This document shows positions 1 to 7,948 of a DNA stretch of 44,668 nucleotides, piece by piece (positions within the stretch are counted from its first letter, which is position 1; every line of letters begins with the position of its first letter). Below the pieces are notes generated by a model, which saw only the letters and a list, made by a program, of their open reading frames with translations, did no database searches and had not been told where the DNA came from. The DNA comes from Methylacidiphilum sp. (lineage in GTDB: Bacteria; Verrucomicrobiota; Verrucomicrobiia; CAIQCK01). Where the stretch lies: the NCBI GenBank assembly GCA_020718125.1, contig DYDC01000001.1, positions 1 through 44,668 of the forward strand, given 5' to 3'. The position numbers and the translations under genes were made by a program.

Positions 1-137
1 AACAACGCAGGGCTATAGCCGCTGCCTACCGCATCCTCTGATCACCGAGCGCAGCGAGGTTACCCTTGAGGCGGCCAGAATCAAAATTCCTATCCCAAAA
101 CGTTAGAAGTCCAACCACCCAAGGAGATTGAGATACC

Positions 138-2225
138 ATGACCACACACTCTCTCAAAACTGAATCTCAACCCGCATCGCGGTTCCGCAAGATGGTTAAA
201 GTTACCGGAGGCTCCCTTTTGTCGCGCACATTGTTGGCCGGCTGCATGGTCGTAATGCTGGCGTTCGGCGGTTTGCCAGCCCGTTCGCAGGACGGAACCA
301 ATCTCGTCCGCAACGGCGGTTTCGAGGAAGGTGCGGCGGGCTGGAGCTTGCCGCAGGCATTTCACGTTGTGGACGACGTGTTCCACGGCGGCTCGCGCAG
401 CTTGCAGTTGGTCAACACCAACAAGGCGAGCGATCTGTTCGTGTCGTCGCAGGCCGTCCCTTTCAAGCCGGGCATGCAATATCGCTTCAGCGCATGGATT
501 CGGACGCGCGGCCTGCGCGGCGGGAAGTCCGGCGCGTGGATCTGCGTGAATTGGAGCGACGCGAAGTGCTGGCTCGGCAGCGACGGCGTGCATGGCGGGA
601 ATGGCGACCAGGATTGGTCTCATGTCGAGGGCGTTACCGCGCCGATCCCGAAGGAAGCCACCAGCGTCCGCATCAATCTCTGTCTGGGCAAAGGCGTGAC
701 CGGCACGGTGTGGTTTGACGACGTGAGCGTGACCGAGTTGTATCCGCCGGCGCTCGATGCGGCGTTGCTGCGGCCGAACTATCGCGGACGGCTGCTGAAG
801 AATGCCGCCAACCAACGCGTGATCGTGCGGGCCAAGCTCGCGGACCATTTCAAGAACGGCTTGAAGCCGGAGCAAATGACGCTGGCGTATTCACTGCGCC
901 GGGATGGAAAGGTGTTGAAGGAGAAGAAGCTCACTCCGCAAACCGGCGGCTACACCGACGTGACGTTCGATGGCCGCGCGTTGCCGGTCGGCGTTCATCA
1001 GGTGAGCGTCGAACTGCTCGCGCCAGACAAATCGCGGCTGGGCGGGCAGGAATTCGAGTTGCAGAAGCTGCCGGCTGGCGCGCCGCAGCCGGCCGTCTTC
1101 ATTGACGAGCGCAACCGCGCCATCGTCAACGGCAAGCCGTTTTTCCCGCTGGGTTGGTATTTCGGGTCGGGGCCGACCTCGAAAGACCATCAGACACATC
1201 TCGACCGCGTGGCCGCCAGCCCGTTCAACACCATCATGTGCTACAGCGTCAACGCCGGCGGCCTCGACAAAGTGCGCGCCTATCTCGACGACCTCGCGGC
1301 GCGCAACCTCAAGATCATCTACGAGATCAGCAACGTTTACGCCGGGACGGAGTATTTCAGCGAGCAAGTGCTGGGCTTTCTCGGCGAGGACGCCATCGTC
1401 CGCGGCGTGGTCGGCGCGTTCAAGGACCATCCCGCGCTGCTCGCCTGGTATGTGAACGATGAAAGGTCGCTGGGGATGCGCGACCGGCTCGACGCCCGCC
1501 AGCGGCTCGTGCGGCAACTCGACCCGCAACACCCGACGTGGGCCGTGCTCAACAAAGAGGGGCAGTTCTACGGCTACCTCAACTCCACCGACGTGCTCGG
1601 CGCGGACCCATATCCCATCACACATCCCAACGTCACCAGGCGGCGGCACGGCGTGACGTTGGCGGCCAACTGGACGCGCGAGTGCGCCGCGGTCTCCGAC
1701 AGTCAGCGTCCACTCTGGATGGTGCCGCAGGCGATGGATTGGGCGTGTTACCACGAGGAGCACGCGGAGAAACACCGCGCGCCGACACTCGACGAGGAGA
1801 TGGTGATGACCTACCTCTGCCTCATCAACGGCGCGCACGGTCTGATCTACTACAGCTACCAGGACCTGATGCGCGACCGGCTCGGCTTCGACAAACGCTG
1901 GGCCGACATGCTCGTGGTCGGCAACGAAGTCAAACAGTTGTTCCCCGCGCTGCTATCGGCTGCCAAACCGCCGAAACTCGACGTGACCACGAGCAGCGAG
2001 GCGGTGCAATTCGCGATTCGCGCTGACGACGCGGGTAGCCGCTACGTGCTCATGGCAAATCCCGACGGGAAAGCCGCGGCGACGCTGCGCATCGGTGTGC
2101 CGGCGAAGTCCAAGCTGCGGCTTCTCCAGCGAGGCAAGTGCAAGCCGCTCGATTCGCCGAGGCGCGGCCCGTGTGAGATCATGCTGGGGCCGATGAGCGC
2201 CGCGACGCTGGTCATCAAGCGGTGA
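138..2225 (+). CDS. secreted carbohydrate-binding-module / glycoside-hydrolase-like protein
   Basis: 695-aa ORF with an AAGGAG RBS just upstream and an N-terminal hydrophobic signal-like segment. NLVRNGGFEEG...VWFDDVSV resembles a CBM4/9-type sugar-binding jelly roll. Later FFPLGWY and LAWYVNDE motifs resemble a TIM-barrel glycosidase. Confidence 0.55.
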   Translation: MTTHSLKTESQPASRFRKMVKVTGGSLLSRTLLAGCMVVMLAFGGLPARSQDGTNLVRNGGFEEGAAGWSLPQAFHVVDDVFHGGSRSLQLVNTNKASDLFVSSQAVPFKPGMQYRFSAWIRTRGLRGGKSGAWICVNWSDAKCWLGSDGVHGGNGDQDWSHVEGVTAPIPKEATSVRINLCLGKGVTGTVWFDDVSVTELYPPALDAALLRPNYRGRLLKNAANQRVIVRAKLADHFKNGLKPEQMTLAYSLRRDGKVLKEKKLTPQTGGYTDVTFDGRALPVGVHQVSVELLAPDKSRLGGQEFELQKLPAGAPQPAVFIDERNRAIVNGKPFFPLGWYFGSGPTSKDHQTHLDRVAASPFNTIMCYSVNAGGLDKVRAYLDDLAARNLKIIYEISNVYAGTEYFSEQVLGFLGEDAIVRGVVGAFKDHPALLAWYVNDERSLGMRDRLDARQRLVRQLDPQHPTWAVLNKEGQFYGYLNSTDVLGADPYPITHPNVTRRRHGVTLAANWTRECAAVSDSQRPLWMVPQAMDWACYHEEHAEKHRAPTLDEEMVMTYLCLINGAHGLIYYSYQDLMRDRLGFDKRWADMLVVGNEVKQLFPALLSAAKPPKLDVTTSSEAVQFAIRADDAGSRYVLMANPDGKAAATLRIGVPAKSKLRLLQRGKCKPLDSPRRGPCEIMLGPMSAATLVIKR

Positions 2226-2507
2226 AGAGTGTTCGGCGCATTTTTGAAGCTGCCGGCTGAACCGAAAGGTGATTCTCTTGCGGCACCATGAAACCTTGGA
2301 AACGTCCCGGAATTGGGGGGCTGCGGTTGGACGGTTTGGACGCGGCGGAAAAGGATTCGCACCCGGCCGTCCAGCCGCAAACGTTTCTTCCAATACTCCG
2401 CCCACTCCCGCGGATCGGTGATCCGCCGCAATGGAATCCTCGCCCTCTGCGCCGCCCCCGCGTCCGTCCAGCCAAACCCGATCTTCTTCTCCCACATTCA
2501 AGAGGCG

Positions 2508-3758
2508 TTACACGTAAAACGCCATCGCGCCGAAGCTGACGACGGAGTTGGTGTCCGGCTCGTGGCTCTGGCCGTAGTGGAGGATGTGGGCCGCGCGCGG
2601 CTGGAGCGCCGCGAGCAGCGTGTAGATGGCCGGGTAGCCGCAGATGCGCCGCGCGTCCTTCTCCGCGGCGATGGATTGATGGAACTTCTCGGCGTCGCAT
2701 GAGGCCATCGCCGCCATCATCGCCTCGTCCTCGCGCCGCAACTGTTCGCGCTGCGCCTTGTCCATCGGCTCCTCGTCGCCGAACCGGCCGCCGATGTGGG
2801 CGAAGTCCACGCCGGCAATGACACAGACCTTGCCTCGCTGGGCCTCCACGAGCTTTCGCAGCGCCGCGGTGAATGAAGAAACTTCAGCGTCGGCCATCGG
2901 CGAGCCGCCGTTCTGGCTAAACTCGTGAAACGAGCCGGCGAGCACCGGCGCGATCCGGGCTTTGAGCTTACCGCCAAAGAGGTATTGGAGATAGACGACC
3001 TGGAACTCGATGCTGTGCTCGCGGCGATGCGGCCATTCATCGGCGAAAAGGTCGAACGGCAGCCCGGCAGCCAGCGCGCGCAGCGCGTCGTTGTCCGTCT
3101 TCGCCACGCCGAACGGTGTCTCGTAGTCCTTCCGCAGAGCGCCAAAGCGATGCTGCATCGGCTGGTGGCCGGTGCCGAGGACCACGAACATCTCAATGTC
3201 GTCGCGCCCGCGTAACTGGTGGTAGGCCCACGCGAACGACGGGCCTCCGCGGCGCGGGTCAATGTGCGGCGCGACCAAGCCGACAAGCTGCCGCTTCTCG
3301 TCCTTTGTCCTTTGCCCTTCGCCCTTGACCCGCGTCCCATCCGGCCCATCGGGCGACTCGAAGTGTTTGTCGAACATCGCGATGATCTCCGCCGGCTCGC
3401 CGGGATAGCTGGCGCCGGCATGGGCCGCTTCTCGGACGGGCGCGGCGGCAAACTCGCGCAGCAGCGTCTCGCGGTGCGCCGCGAAACGCGGGCTGTTGAG
3501 AATGAGCGCTTCGTCCAGCTTCGCGACGACGTCCTTGAGCAGGTCGCTGGGCAGCAGATGGCCCGTCTCGCGCGTGAACTCCGTCTGGATATCAAGCAGG
3601 CTATGTTCACCGTCGAACCGCTGGAGGATCGGCAGCAGGGCGGGCGACACGACCGGCGTCGCGTCGGTCCAGCCGAGCGGGTCGCGCAGGGCGATCATCT
3701 CACGGCCGGAGACTTTCACCGGCAATGCCTCGACGGGCCTGAGTTTCGGGTTGTTCAC
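2508..3758 (-). CDS. MEMO1-family protein (AmmeMemoRadiSam system protein B-like) with N-terminal extension
   Basis: 416-aa ORF. VAPHIDPRRGGPSFAWAY and GVDFAHIGGRFGD motifs are typical of bacterial Memo homologues. It contains a 42-nt heptad tract at 3294-3335. Confidence 0.7.
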   Translation of the reverse strand: MNNPKLRPVEALPVKVSGREMIALRDPLGWTDATPVVSPALLPILQRFDGEHSLLDIQTEFTRETGHLLPSDLLKDVVAKLDEALILNSPRFAAHRETLLREFAAAPVREAAHAGASYPGEPAEIIAMFDKHFESPDGPDGTRVKGEGQRTKDEKRQLVGLVAPHIDPRRGGPSFAWAYHQLRGRDDIEMFVVLGTGHQPMQHRFGALRKDYETPFGVAKTDNDALRALAAGLPFDLFADEWPHRREHSIEFQVVYLQYLFGGKLKARIAPVLAGSFHEFSQNGGSPMADAEVSSFTAALRKLVEAQRGKVCVIAGVDFAHIGGRFGDEEPMDKAQREQLRREDEAMMAAMASCDAEKFHQSIAAEKDARRICGYPAIYTLLAALQPRAAHILHYGQSHEPDTNSVVSFGAMAFYV

Positions 3759-3782
3759 GATGAAATGATGAATGATCTGAAT

Positions 3783-3807
3783 GAACGGACTTGGAAGTCC
3801 GTTCTAC
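3783..3807 (-). repeat. REP-like singlet: GTAG plus perfect 10-bp hairpin
   Basis: The minus strand reads GTAG-AACGGACTT-CC-AAGTCCGTT-C. The TAG inside GTAG is the stop codon of the CYTH gene. The unit lies between the CYTH 3' end and the Memo start. Confidence 0.5.
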
Positions 3808-4326
3808 GTCTTCGCGCCGGCCAACATGTCCGCATACGAGCGCGACTGCAAGTCCTCCGGTCTCACTCCAAACGCGGCCATCAGCTCGTCCACCTGCCGC
3901 TGGCAGCGCGGGCGGTCCTCGTCGCGCTCGCCTTTGGCCTCGATCTCGATGAACGTGCCGGGGTCCGCGACGGCGTCGAGGTGGATCTTCACGGTGTCGA
4001 GGAACCAGATCTCGCGCCGTTTGCGGACCTCGATGCGGACACCAAGCGCCTCGCGCAGGGTGGCGCGCAAGGGATCGAGGTCGCCCGCCTGCTCCAGCCG
4101 CGCCAGCGCGACGGTGCTTTCCATGACTGCGGCGGCATCGGGACGCTCGTAAAAGATAAGCGCCTTCTCAATGGGGCCGTCGCGCAGTTTCAGCCGGCCG
4201 CGCGGCACGGTGAAATAGGTGTCCCGTTGCTCACGTGCCAGCAAAGCTCGCGCCCATCTTTGCCAGCGTCGCGCGGGCGCGGGCAAGGTCGGCGCAGCGG
4301 GCCTTGATTTCGATGTTGAAGAACAT
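3804..4326 (-). pseudogene. CYTH-domain / class IV adenylate cyclase (CyaB-like), apparently frameshifted
   Basis: ATG at 4326 opens MFFNIEIKARCADLARARATLAKMGA..., the N-terminal catalytic strand of CYTH proteins, and then hits TGA at 4233-4231. The rest of the family-like sequence (QRDTYFTVPRGRLKLRDGP...IEIEAKGE...) continues in another frame down to the stop at 3804-3806. Confidence 0.6.
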
Positions 4327-4443
4327 GGCGGCGGCGTAGCGCGGCAGCGGCAGGGCGTGAAGAGCGAAACCGGACCAGCTTCACGCCCCGGAGATGTCCT
4401 GCCACGATGTTCGATTGGCTCCACTTTGCTGCCGACAGAAACA

Positions 4444-4472
4444 TTGCACGGCAGCGGGCTTTGACTTATAAG
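4444..4472 (+). promoter_or_regulatory. candidate sigma70-like promoter for ilvH (TTGCAC-N17-TATAAG)
   Basis: The hexamers are read directly from the sequence. The -10 element ends 9 nt before the ilvH ATG, which would give a near-leaderless mRNA. Confidence 0.25.
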
Positions 4473-4481
4473 GGCGGCCTT

Positions 4482-5003
4482 ATGCGACACACGATCTCGG
4501 TGCTGGTGGAAAACAAATTTGGCGTGCTGGCCCGCATCGCCGAGCTGTTCTCGGGACGCGGTTACAACATTGACACCCTCAACGTCGCCCCGACCCTCGA
4601 CGCGAAGCTCTCCCGCATGACCATCGTCACCCGCGGCGACGACGCCACGCTCGAACAGATCATCAAGCAGCTCAACAAGCTTGTGAACGTCGTCCAGATC
4701 CAGGATTTCCGCGAAGGCCAATACGTGGACCGCGAGCTGATCCTGCTCAAGGTCAAGGCCGACTCCAAGGCCCGCAGCGAGATCATGCAGATCTGCGACA
4801 TCTTCCGCGCCAAGATCGTGGACGTGCAACAGCGCGAACTGTCCATCGAGATCACCGGCACCGAGGACAAGCTGGAGAAATTCCTCCAACTCATGGACCC
4901 GTTCGGCATCGTGGACATCACCCGCACCGGCAAGGTCGCCATGCCGCGGCAAACGAAGACAGCGGCTGCAAGTGAGGCAATGGGGGTCAGGTCTCAACAT
5001 TAG
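4482..5003 (+). CDS. ilvH: acetolactate synthase small (regulatory) subunit
   Basis: MRHTISVLVENKFGVLARIAELFSGRGYNIDTLNVAPT... is the classic ACT-domain IlvH/IlvN N-terminus. The internal ATG at 4482 was chosen over the ORF-track start at 4407. Confidence 0.9.
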   Translation: MRHTISVLVENKFGVLARIAELFSGRGYNIDTLNVAPTLDAKLSRMTIVTRGDDATLEQIIKQLNKLVNVVQIQDFREGQYVDRELILLKVKADSKARSEIMQICDIFRAKIVDVQQRELSIEITGTEDKLEKFLQLMDPFGIVDITRTGKVAMPRQTKTAAASEAMGVRSQH

Positions 5004-5129
5004 ACATTTCCCTCATCACTTCCGCCATCGCCTTCTGCATCTCTTTCTCCCGCCCCGCCCGCTCCGCCATCCTCCGCACCGCCCGCCGCTTCAACGCAAG
5101 CTAAATGTCTGATATTGAGACCTGACCCC
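4983..5129. repeat. 147-bp inverted-repeat (MITE-like) element
   Basis: The 27-nt arms at 4983-5009 and 5103-5129 are reverse complements at 25/27 positions (GGGGTCAGGTCTCAACATTAGACATTT vs AAATGTCTGATATTGAGACCTGACCCC). They flank a 93-nt C-rich core. Confidence 0.6.
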
Positions 5130-5149
5130 GATCACCTTGGATGTTCGCA

Positions 5150-5221
5150 GTAGCGCGATTCATCGCGCGTGCGGTCGCATGTCGGAAGAACGGCGTAACG
5201 CGCGATGAATCGCGCTCCTAC
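5150..5221. repeat. REPIN-like doublet (GTAG-hairpin ... hairpin-CTAC)
   Basis: GTAGCGCGATTCATCGCGCG at 5150-5169 and CGCGCGATGAATCGCGCTCCTAC at 5199-5221 are inverted copies. Each arm is itself a 7-bp hairpin (GCGCGAT-TC-ATCGCGC). Confidence 0.55.
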
Positions 5222-5311
5222 GAACCAAACATCCCCATTTGCTTTCGCATGGAGCGGGTCAACTTCGCGCGCGACATTCTCGATAAGCCGAAAGACGGAC
5301 CTGCAGCCAGC

Positions 5312-6463
5312 TCAGCGATAGCGCCCCTCGTCCTTTGCCGCCTCGATCATCGCCACGACGTTCTTGCGGGGCGTGTTCTTTTCCAGATAGTCGGAGGTGG
5401 AGAAGATGTAGCGGCCGCCGGGCTTGCCGGCGCGAACGATGGCGCGGGTGGCGGCGTCCACTTCCTGCGGCGTGGCGCGCTTGAGGAAATCCACGTGGTC
5501 GAGATTCCCAAGCAGACAGATGCGGTCGCCGATGGCGGCTTTCGCGTCGGCGAGCTTGTTGTCGCCGCGCGGCGGCTCGCTGACGGTTTCCCAGACGGTC
5601 ATGCCGAGTTCGCGGTAGTTGCCATAGAGGATCTTCGCGCAGCCGCAGTTGTGATAGACGCTGAACTTGCCGGCGGCGTGGATGGCGTCAATCATCCGCT
5701 TCTCGTAAGGCTGGACGAACTGCCGGAAGAAATCCGGCCCGGTGGTCGAGCCTCCGGCCATGTGGCCCTGGATGCCGATGCAGTCAATCGCCGTTTCGCC
5801 GAGCGCCGCGCTGTAGGCGCACATTGTGTCGGCCACGCCGCTCATCAGGGCGCGATAGGCCGCCTCGTCCATGTAGGGGGCCATGTAGAAGTTGTCCATG
5901 CCGCAAAGATCGGAGCAGAAGTTGAACACGCCCGCAAATCCCCACGGCGCGAGCACGCCGCGGTCGCCGATGACATGTCGCCACGCTTCGGCAGTCTCGC
6001 GCATGAAGCGGCGGTCCTCGTCGTCGAGCGCGGGGAGCCATTTCAGGAAAGCCTCGGCGTCGTCCGCGTCGTGCAAGAGCGTCCGCGTGACGTGGAACCG
6101 CACGCCCGTGGTGGCCGCACCGCTGTCGGGGCCGGTTTCCTCCTGCACAAGCGTCCGCGTCGGCGTGACGATTTCCAGCCGGCGCTTGATCATCCCGTCG
6201 CCGCGTGTCTCACCGCGGCGCAGTTCCCAGTTCGGATGGCTGCGGCGGAAGAAATGCGGCGGCTCCAGCGCGCGATGTTTCGCCATCAGGTCGAAGTCGA
6301 GTTCGTTGGCCAGTTCCGTGGCGTCAATGACGCGGTCGAGCTTCGGCTTCTGCGGATAGTAGAAGGAGAGGTATTCCTCCTGCACGAATGGCGAAACCGG
6401 CACACGGTCGGCGATCTGGCCGCGGAGGGTGGTGAGGAGGCGTTCGCGGGGCGTCATCTGCAT
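5312..6463 (-). CDS. uroporphyrinogen decarboxylase (URO-D) family protein, methyltransferase-like
   Basis: About 384 aa. The overall pattern MTPRERLLTTLRGQ..DRVPV...HNCG...FSTSD resembles URO-D/MtaA-type TIM barrels. The start is uncertain (6463 or 6457), because the upstream Met codons lie inside the 11-mer repeat cluster. Confidence 0.6.
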   Translation of the reverse strand: MQMTPRERLLTTLRGQIADRVPVSPFVQEEYLSFYYPQKPKLDRVIDATELANELDFDLMAKHRALEPPHFFRRSHPNWELRRGETRGDGMIKRRLEIVTPTRTLVQEETGPDSGAATTGVRFHVTRTLLHDADDAEAFLKWLPALDDEDRRFMRETAEAWRHVIGDRGVLAPWGFAGVFNFCSDLCGMDNFYMAPYMDEAAYRALMSGVADTMCAYSAALGETAIDCIGIQGHMAGGSTTGPDFFRQFVQPYEKRMIDAIHAAGKFSVYHNCGCAKILYGNYRELGMTVWETVSEPPRGDNKLADAKAAIGDRICLLGNLDHVDFLKRATPQEVDAATRAIVRAGKPGGRYIFSTSDYLEKNTPRKNVVAMIEAAKDEGRYR

Positions 6464-6473
6464 AATTCTTTTT

Positions 6474-6523
6474 GGCAAAATCATGGTGGGCAAAATCATG
6501 ATTTTGCCCTGTATGATTTTGCC
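6474..6523. repeat. cluster of four GGCAAAATCAT 11-mers (two direct, two inverted), including a perfect 20-nt palindrome
   Basis: Copies lie at 6474-6484, 6489-6499, 6498-6508 (inverted) and 6513-6523 (inverted). GGCAAAATCATGATTTTGCC at 6489-6508 is a perfect palindrome. A fifth copy sits at 7915-7925. Confidence 0.6.
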
Positions 6524-7875
6524 TAAACCTTCTCCGGCACCACGAACGGCGCGCGGTATTCGCGCGTGAGCATCGCGTTGGCTTCCTTGTCGTTCTTGAA
6601 CGTCATCGTCGCCGGGTCGAACTCCAGGCTGCGGCCGAGGCGATAGGAGATGTTGCCGAGGTGGATGAGCGCGCAGGAATAGAAGCCCTCCTGAATGCTC
6701 TTGTTGAACTCTTCCGGCTTCGGCTCGCGGATGGCGTTGACGAAGACCTCGTAGTGATTGCCCGCGCCCTTGCCGGTCGGGCCGGCTTCACGTTTCTCGC
6801 CCATGAACGTGCGCCATTCGCTGACGCTCTTGGCCATGTAGCCTTTGGAGCCGAAGAACAGGTTGCCGCAGGTGTTGCCGGCGCTGGTGGCCATGTAGCC
6901 GTCGGCGCCGGCCTTTTTCATCCACATGCCGTCTTCACTGTTGCTGACCCAGTGGCGCGCCTCGAATTGGAGAATCTTCTTCTTGTCGCCGCCGCCATCG
7001 GGGTTTGGGAACTCATACATCGCCATCAACACGTTCGGCGTCTGCTGGTCGTCGTTGAACATCACGTGGCCGCCCATCGCGCTGATCTTCGTCGGCAGCT
7101 TCACGCCGAGGCCCCAGCGGGCGATGTCCATCTCATGCACGCCCTGGTTGCCCATGTCGCCGTTGCCGTAGTCCCAGTTCCAATGCCACTCGTAGTGGAA
7201 GCGGTTCTTGTTGAACGGCCGCGCCGGCGCGGGGCCTTGCCAGAGGTCGTAGTGGACGCCCTTCGGCACCGGCTCGTCCTCGAAGTGGCCGATGGTCTTG
7301 CGCCACTTGTAGCAAAGGCCCTTGGCCATATAGACCTCGCCGAGACCGCCGTCCTGGAGGAACTGCGCCATCGTCTGCGAGCACGGGTTGCTGCGCTGCT
7401 CCGCGCCGTCCTGCACCAGCACGCGATATGTTTTCGACGCCTCGACCAGCTTGCGGCCCTCGTAGAAGTTGTGGCAGCACGGCTTCTCGACCGAGACGTG
7501 TTTGCCGGCCTGAATGCCGTAGATCGCGGCGAGCGTGTGCCAGTGGTTCGGCGTCACGACTGAGAAGCCGTCAATCTCCTTGTCCTCGACCATCTTCCGG
7601 ATGTCGGTGTAGGTCTTCGGCGCTGGGCGGTTCTTCTTGGTGAAGTGCTTGGCGATAACCTCCGGGAAGAGGTTCTCGTCCACGTCGCAGAGCGCGGCGA
7701 CCTCGACGTTGGGCAGGGCGTTGTAGGCGGCGATGTGGCTCTGGCCCATGCCGTGGATGCCGACGACGGCGAGCCGGACGCGGTCATTGGCGCCAGCCCA
7801 CGCGCGGTGGGTGCCGATGAGCAACGCGCCGGTGGCGACGCTGCCTTGTTTGAGGAAATTGCGACGGGTCATCAT
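6523..7875 (-). CDS. Gfo/Idh/MocA family oxidoreductase with twin-arginine signal
   Basis: MMTRRNFLKQGSVATGALLIG...AWA is a TAT signal. It is followed by a VGIHGMG Rossmann motif and a typical Gfo/Idh/MocA layout. Confidence 0.85.
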   Translation of the reverse strand: MMTRRNFLKQGSVATGALLIGTHRAWAGANDRVRLAVVGIHGMGQSHIAAYNALPNVEVAALCDVDENLFPEVIAKHFTKKNRPAPKTYTDIRKMVEDKEIDGFSVVTPNHWHTLAAIYGIQAGKHVSVEKPCCHNFYEGRKLVEASKTYRVLVQDGAEQRSNPCSQTMAQFLQDGGLGEVYMAKGLCYKWRKTIGHFEDEPVPKGVHYDLWQGPAPARPFNKNRFHYEWHWNWDYGNGDMGNQGVHEMDIARWGLGVKLPTKISAMGGHVMFNDDQQTPNVLMAMYEFPNPDGGGDKKKILQFEARHWVSNSEDGMWMKKAGADGYMATSAGNTCGNLFFGSKGYMAKSVSEWRTFMGEKREAGPTGKGAGNHYEVFVNAIREPKPEEFNKSIQEGFYSCALIHLGNISYRLGRSLEFDPATMTFKNDKEANAMLTREYRAPFVVPEKV

Positions 7876-7948
7876 GGCGGGGGTTCCTTTCTTTAATCTT
7901 CAGTGCGGGTGAAGGGCAAAATCATGGGCATCTCGTGTTGTCGGACCG

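Noticed and set aside
2042-2497. Minus-strand ORF whose first ~60 codons (MWEKKIGFGWTDAGAAQRARIPLRRITDPREWAEYWKK...) occupy the 282-bp gap between the glycosidase-like gene and the Memo-like gene.
   Set aside because: The sequence looks vaguely protein-like, but I recognise no family. The ORF then overlaps the convergent glycosidase gene. This is not enough support to call a gene or a remnant.
3804-5000. Single 398-aa minus-strand ORF from the track.
   Set aside because: Only the C-terminal ~145 residues look like a real (CYTH) protein. The upstream 250 residues are antisense to ilvH. The genuine N-terminus is in another frame, which is the frameshift finding.
5141-6526. Long plus-strand ORF (461 aa). 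Similar long ORFs antisense to confident genes include 891-1838, 3219-4307, 6661-7563, 8033-9133, 8932-10182, 10179-11732, 17089-18924, 19297-20265, 21316-22041, 28794-29900, 34129-35397, 37242-38159, 39645-40754 (its upstream part) and 43322-44371.
   Set aside because: Their translations are Arg/Ala/Gly-rich with no recognisable motifs. Each is the mirror of a gene with strong family signatures. Stop-poor antisense frames are expected at this GC content.
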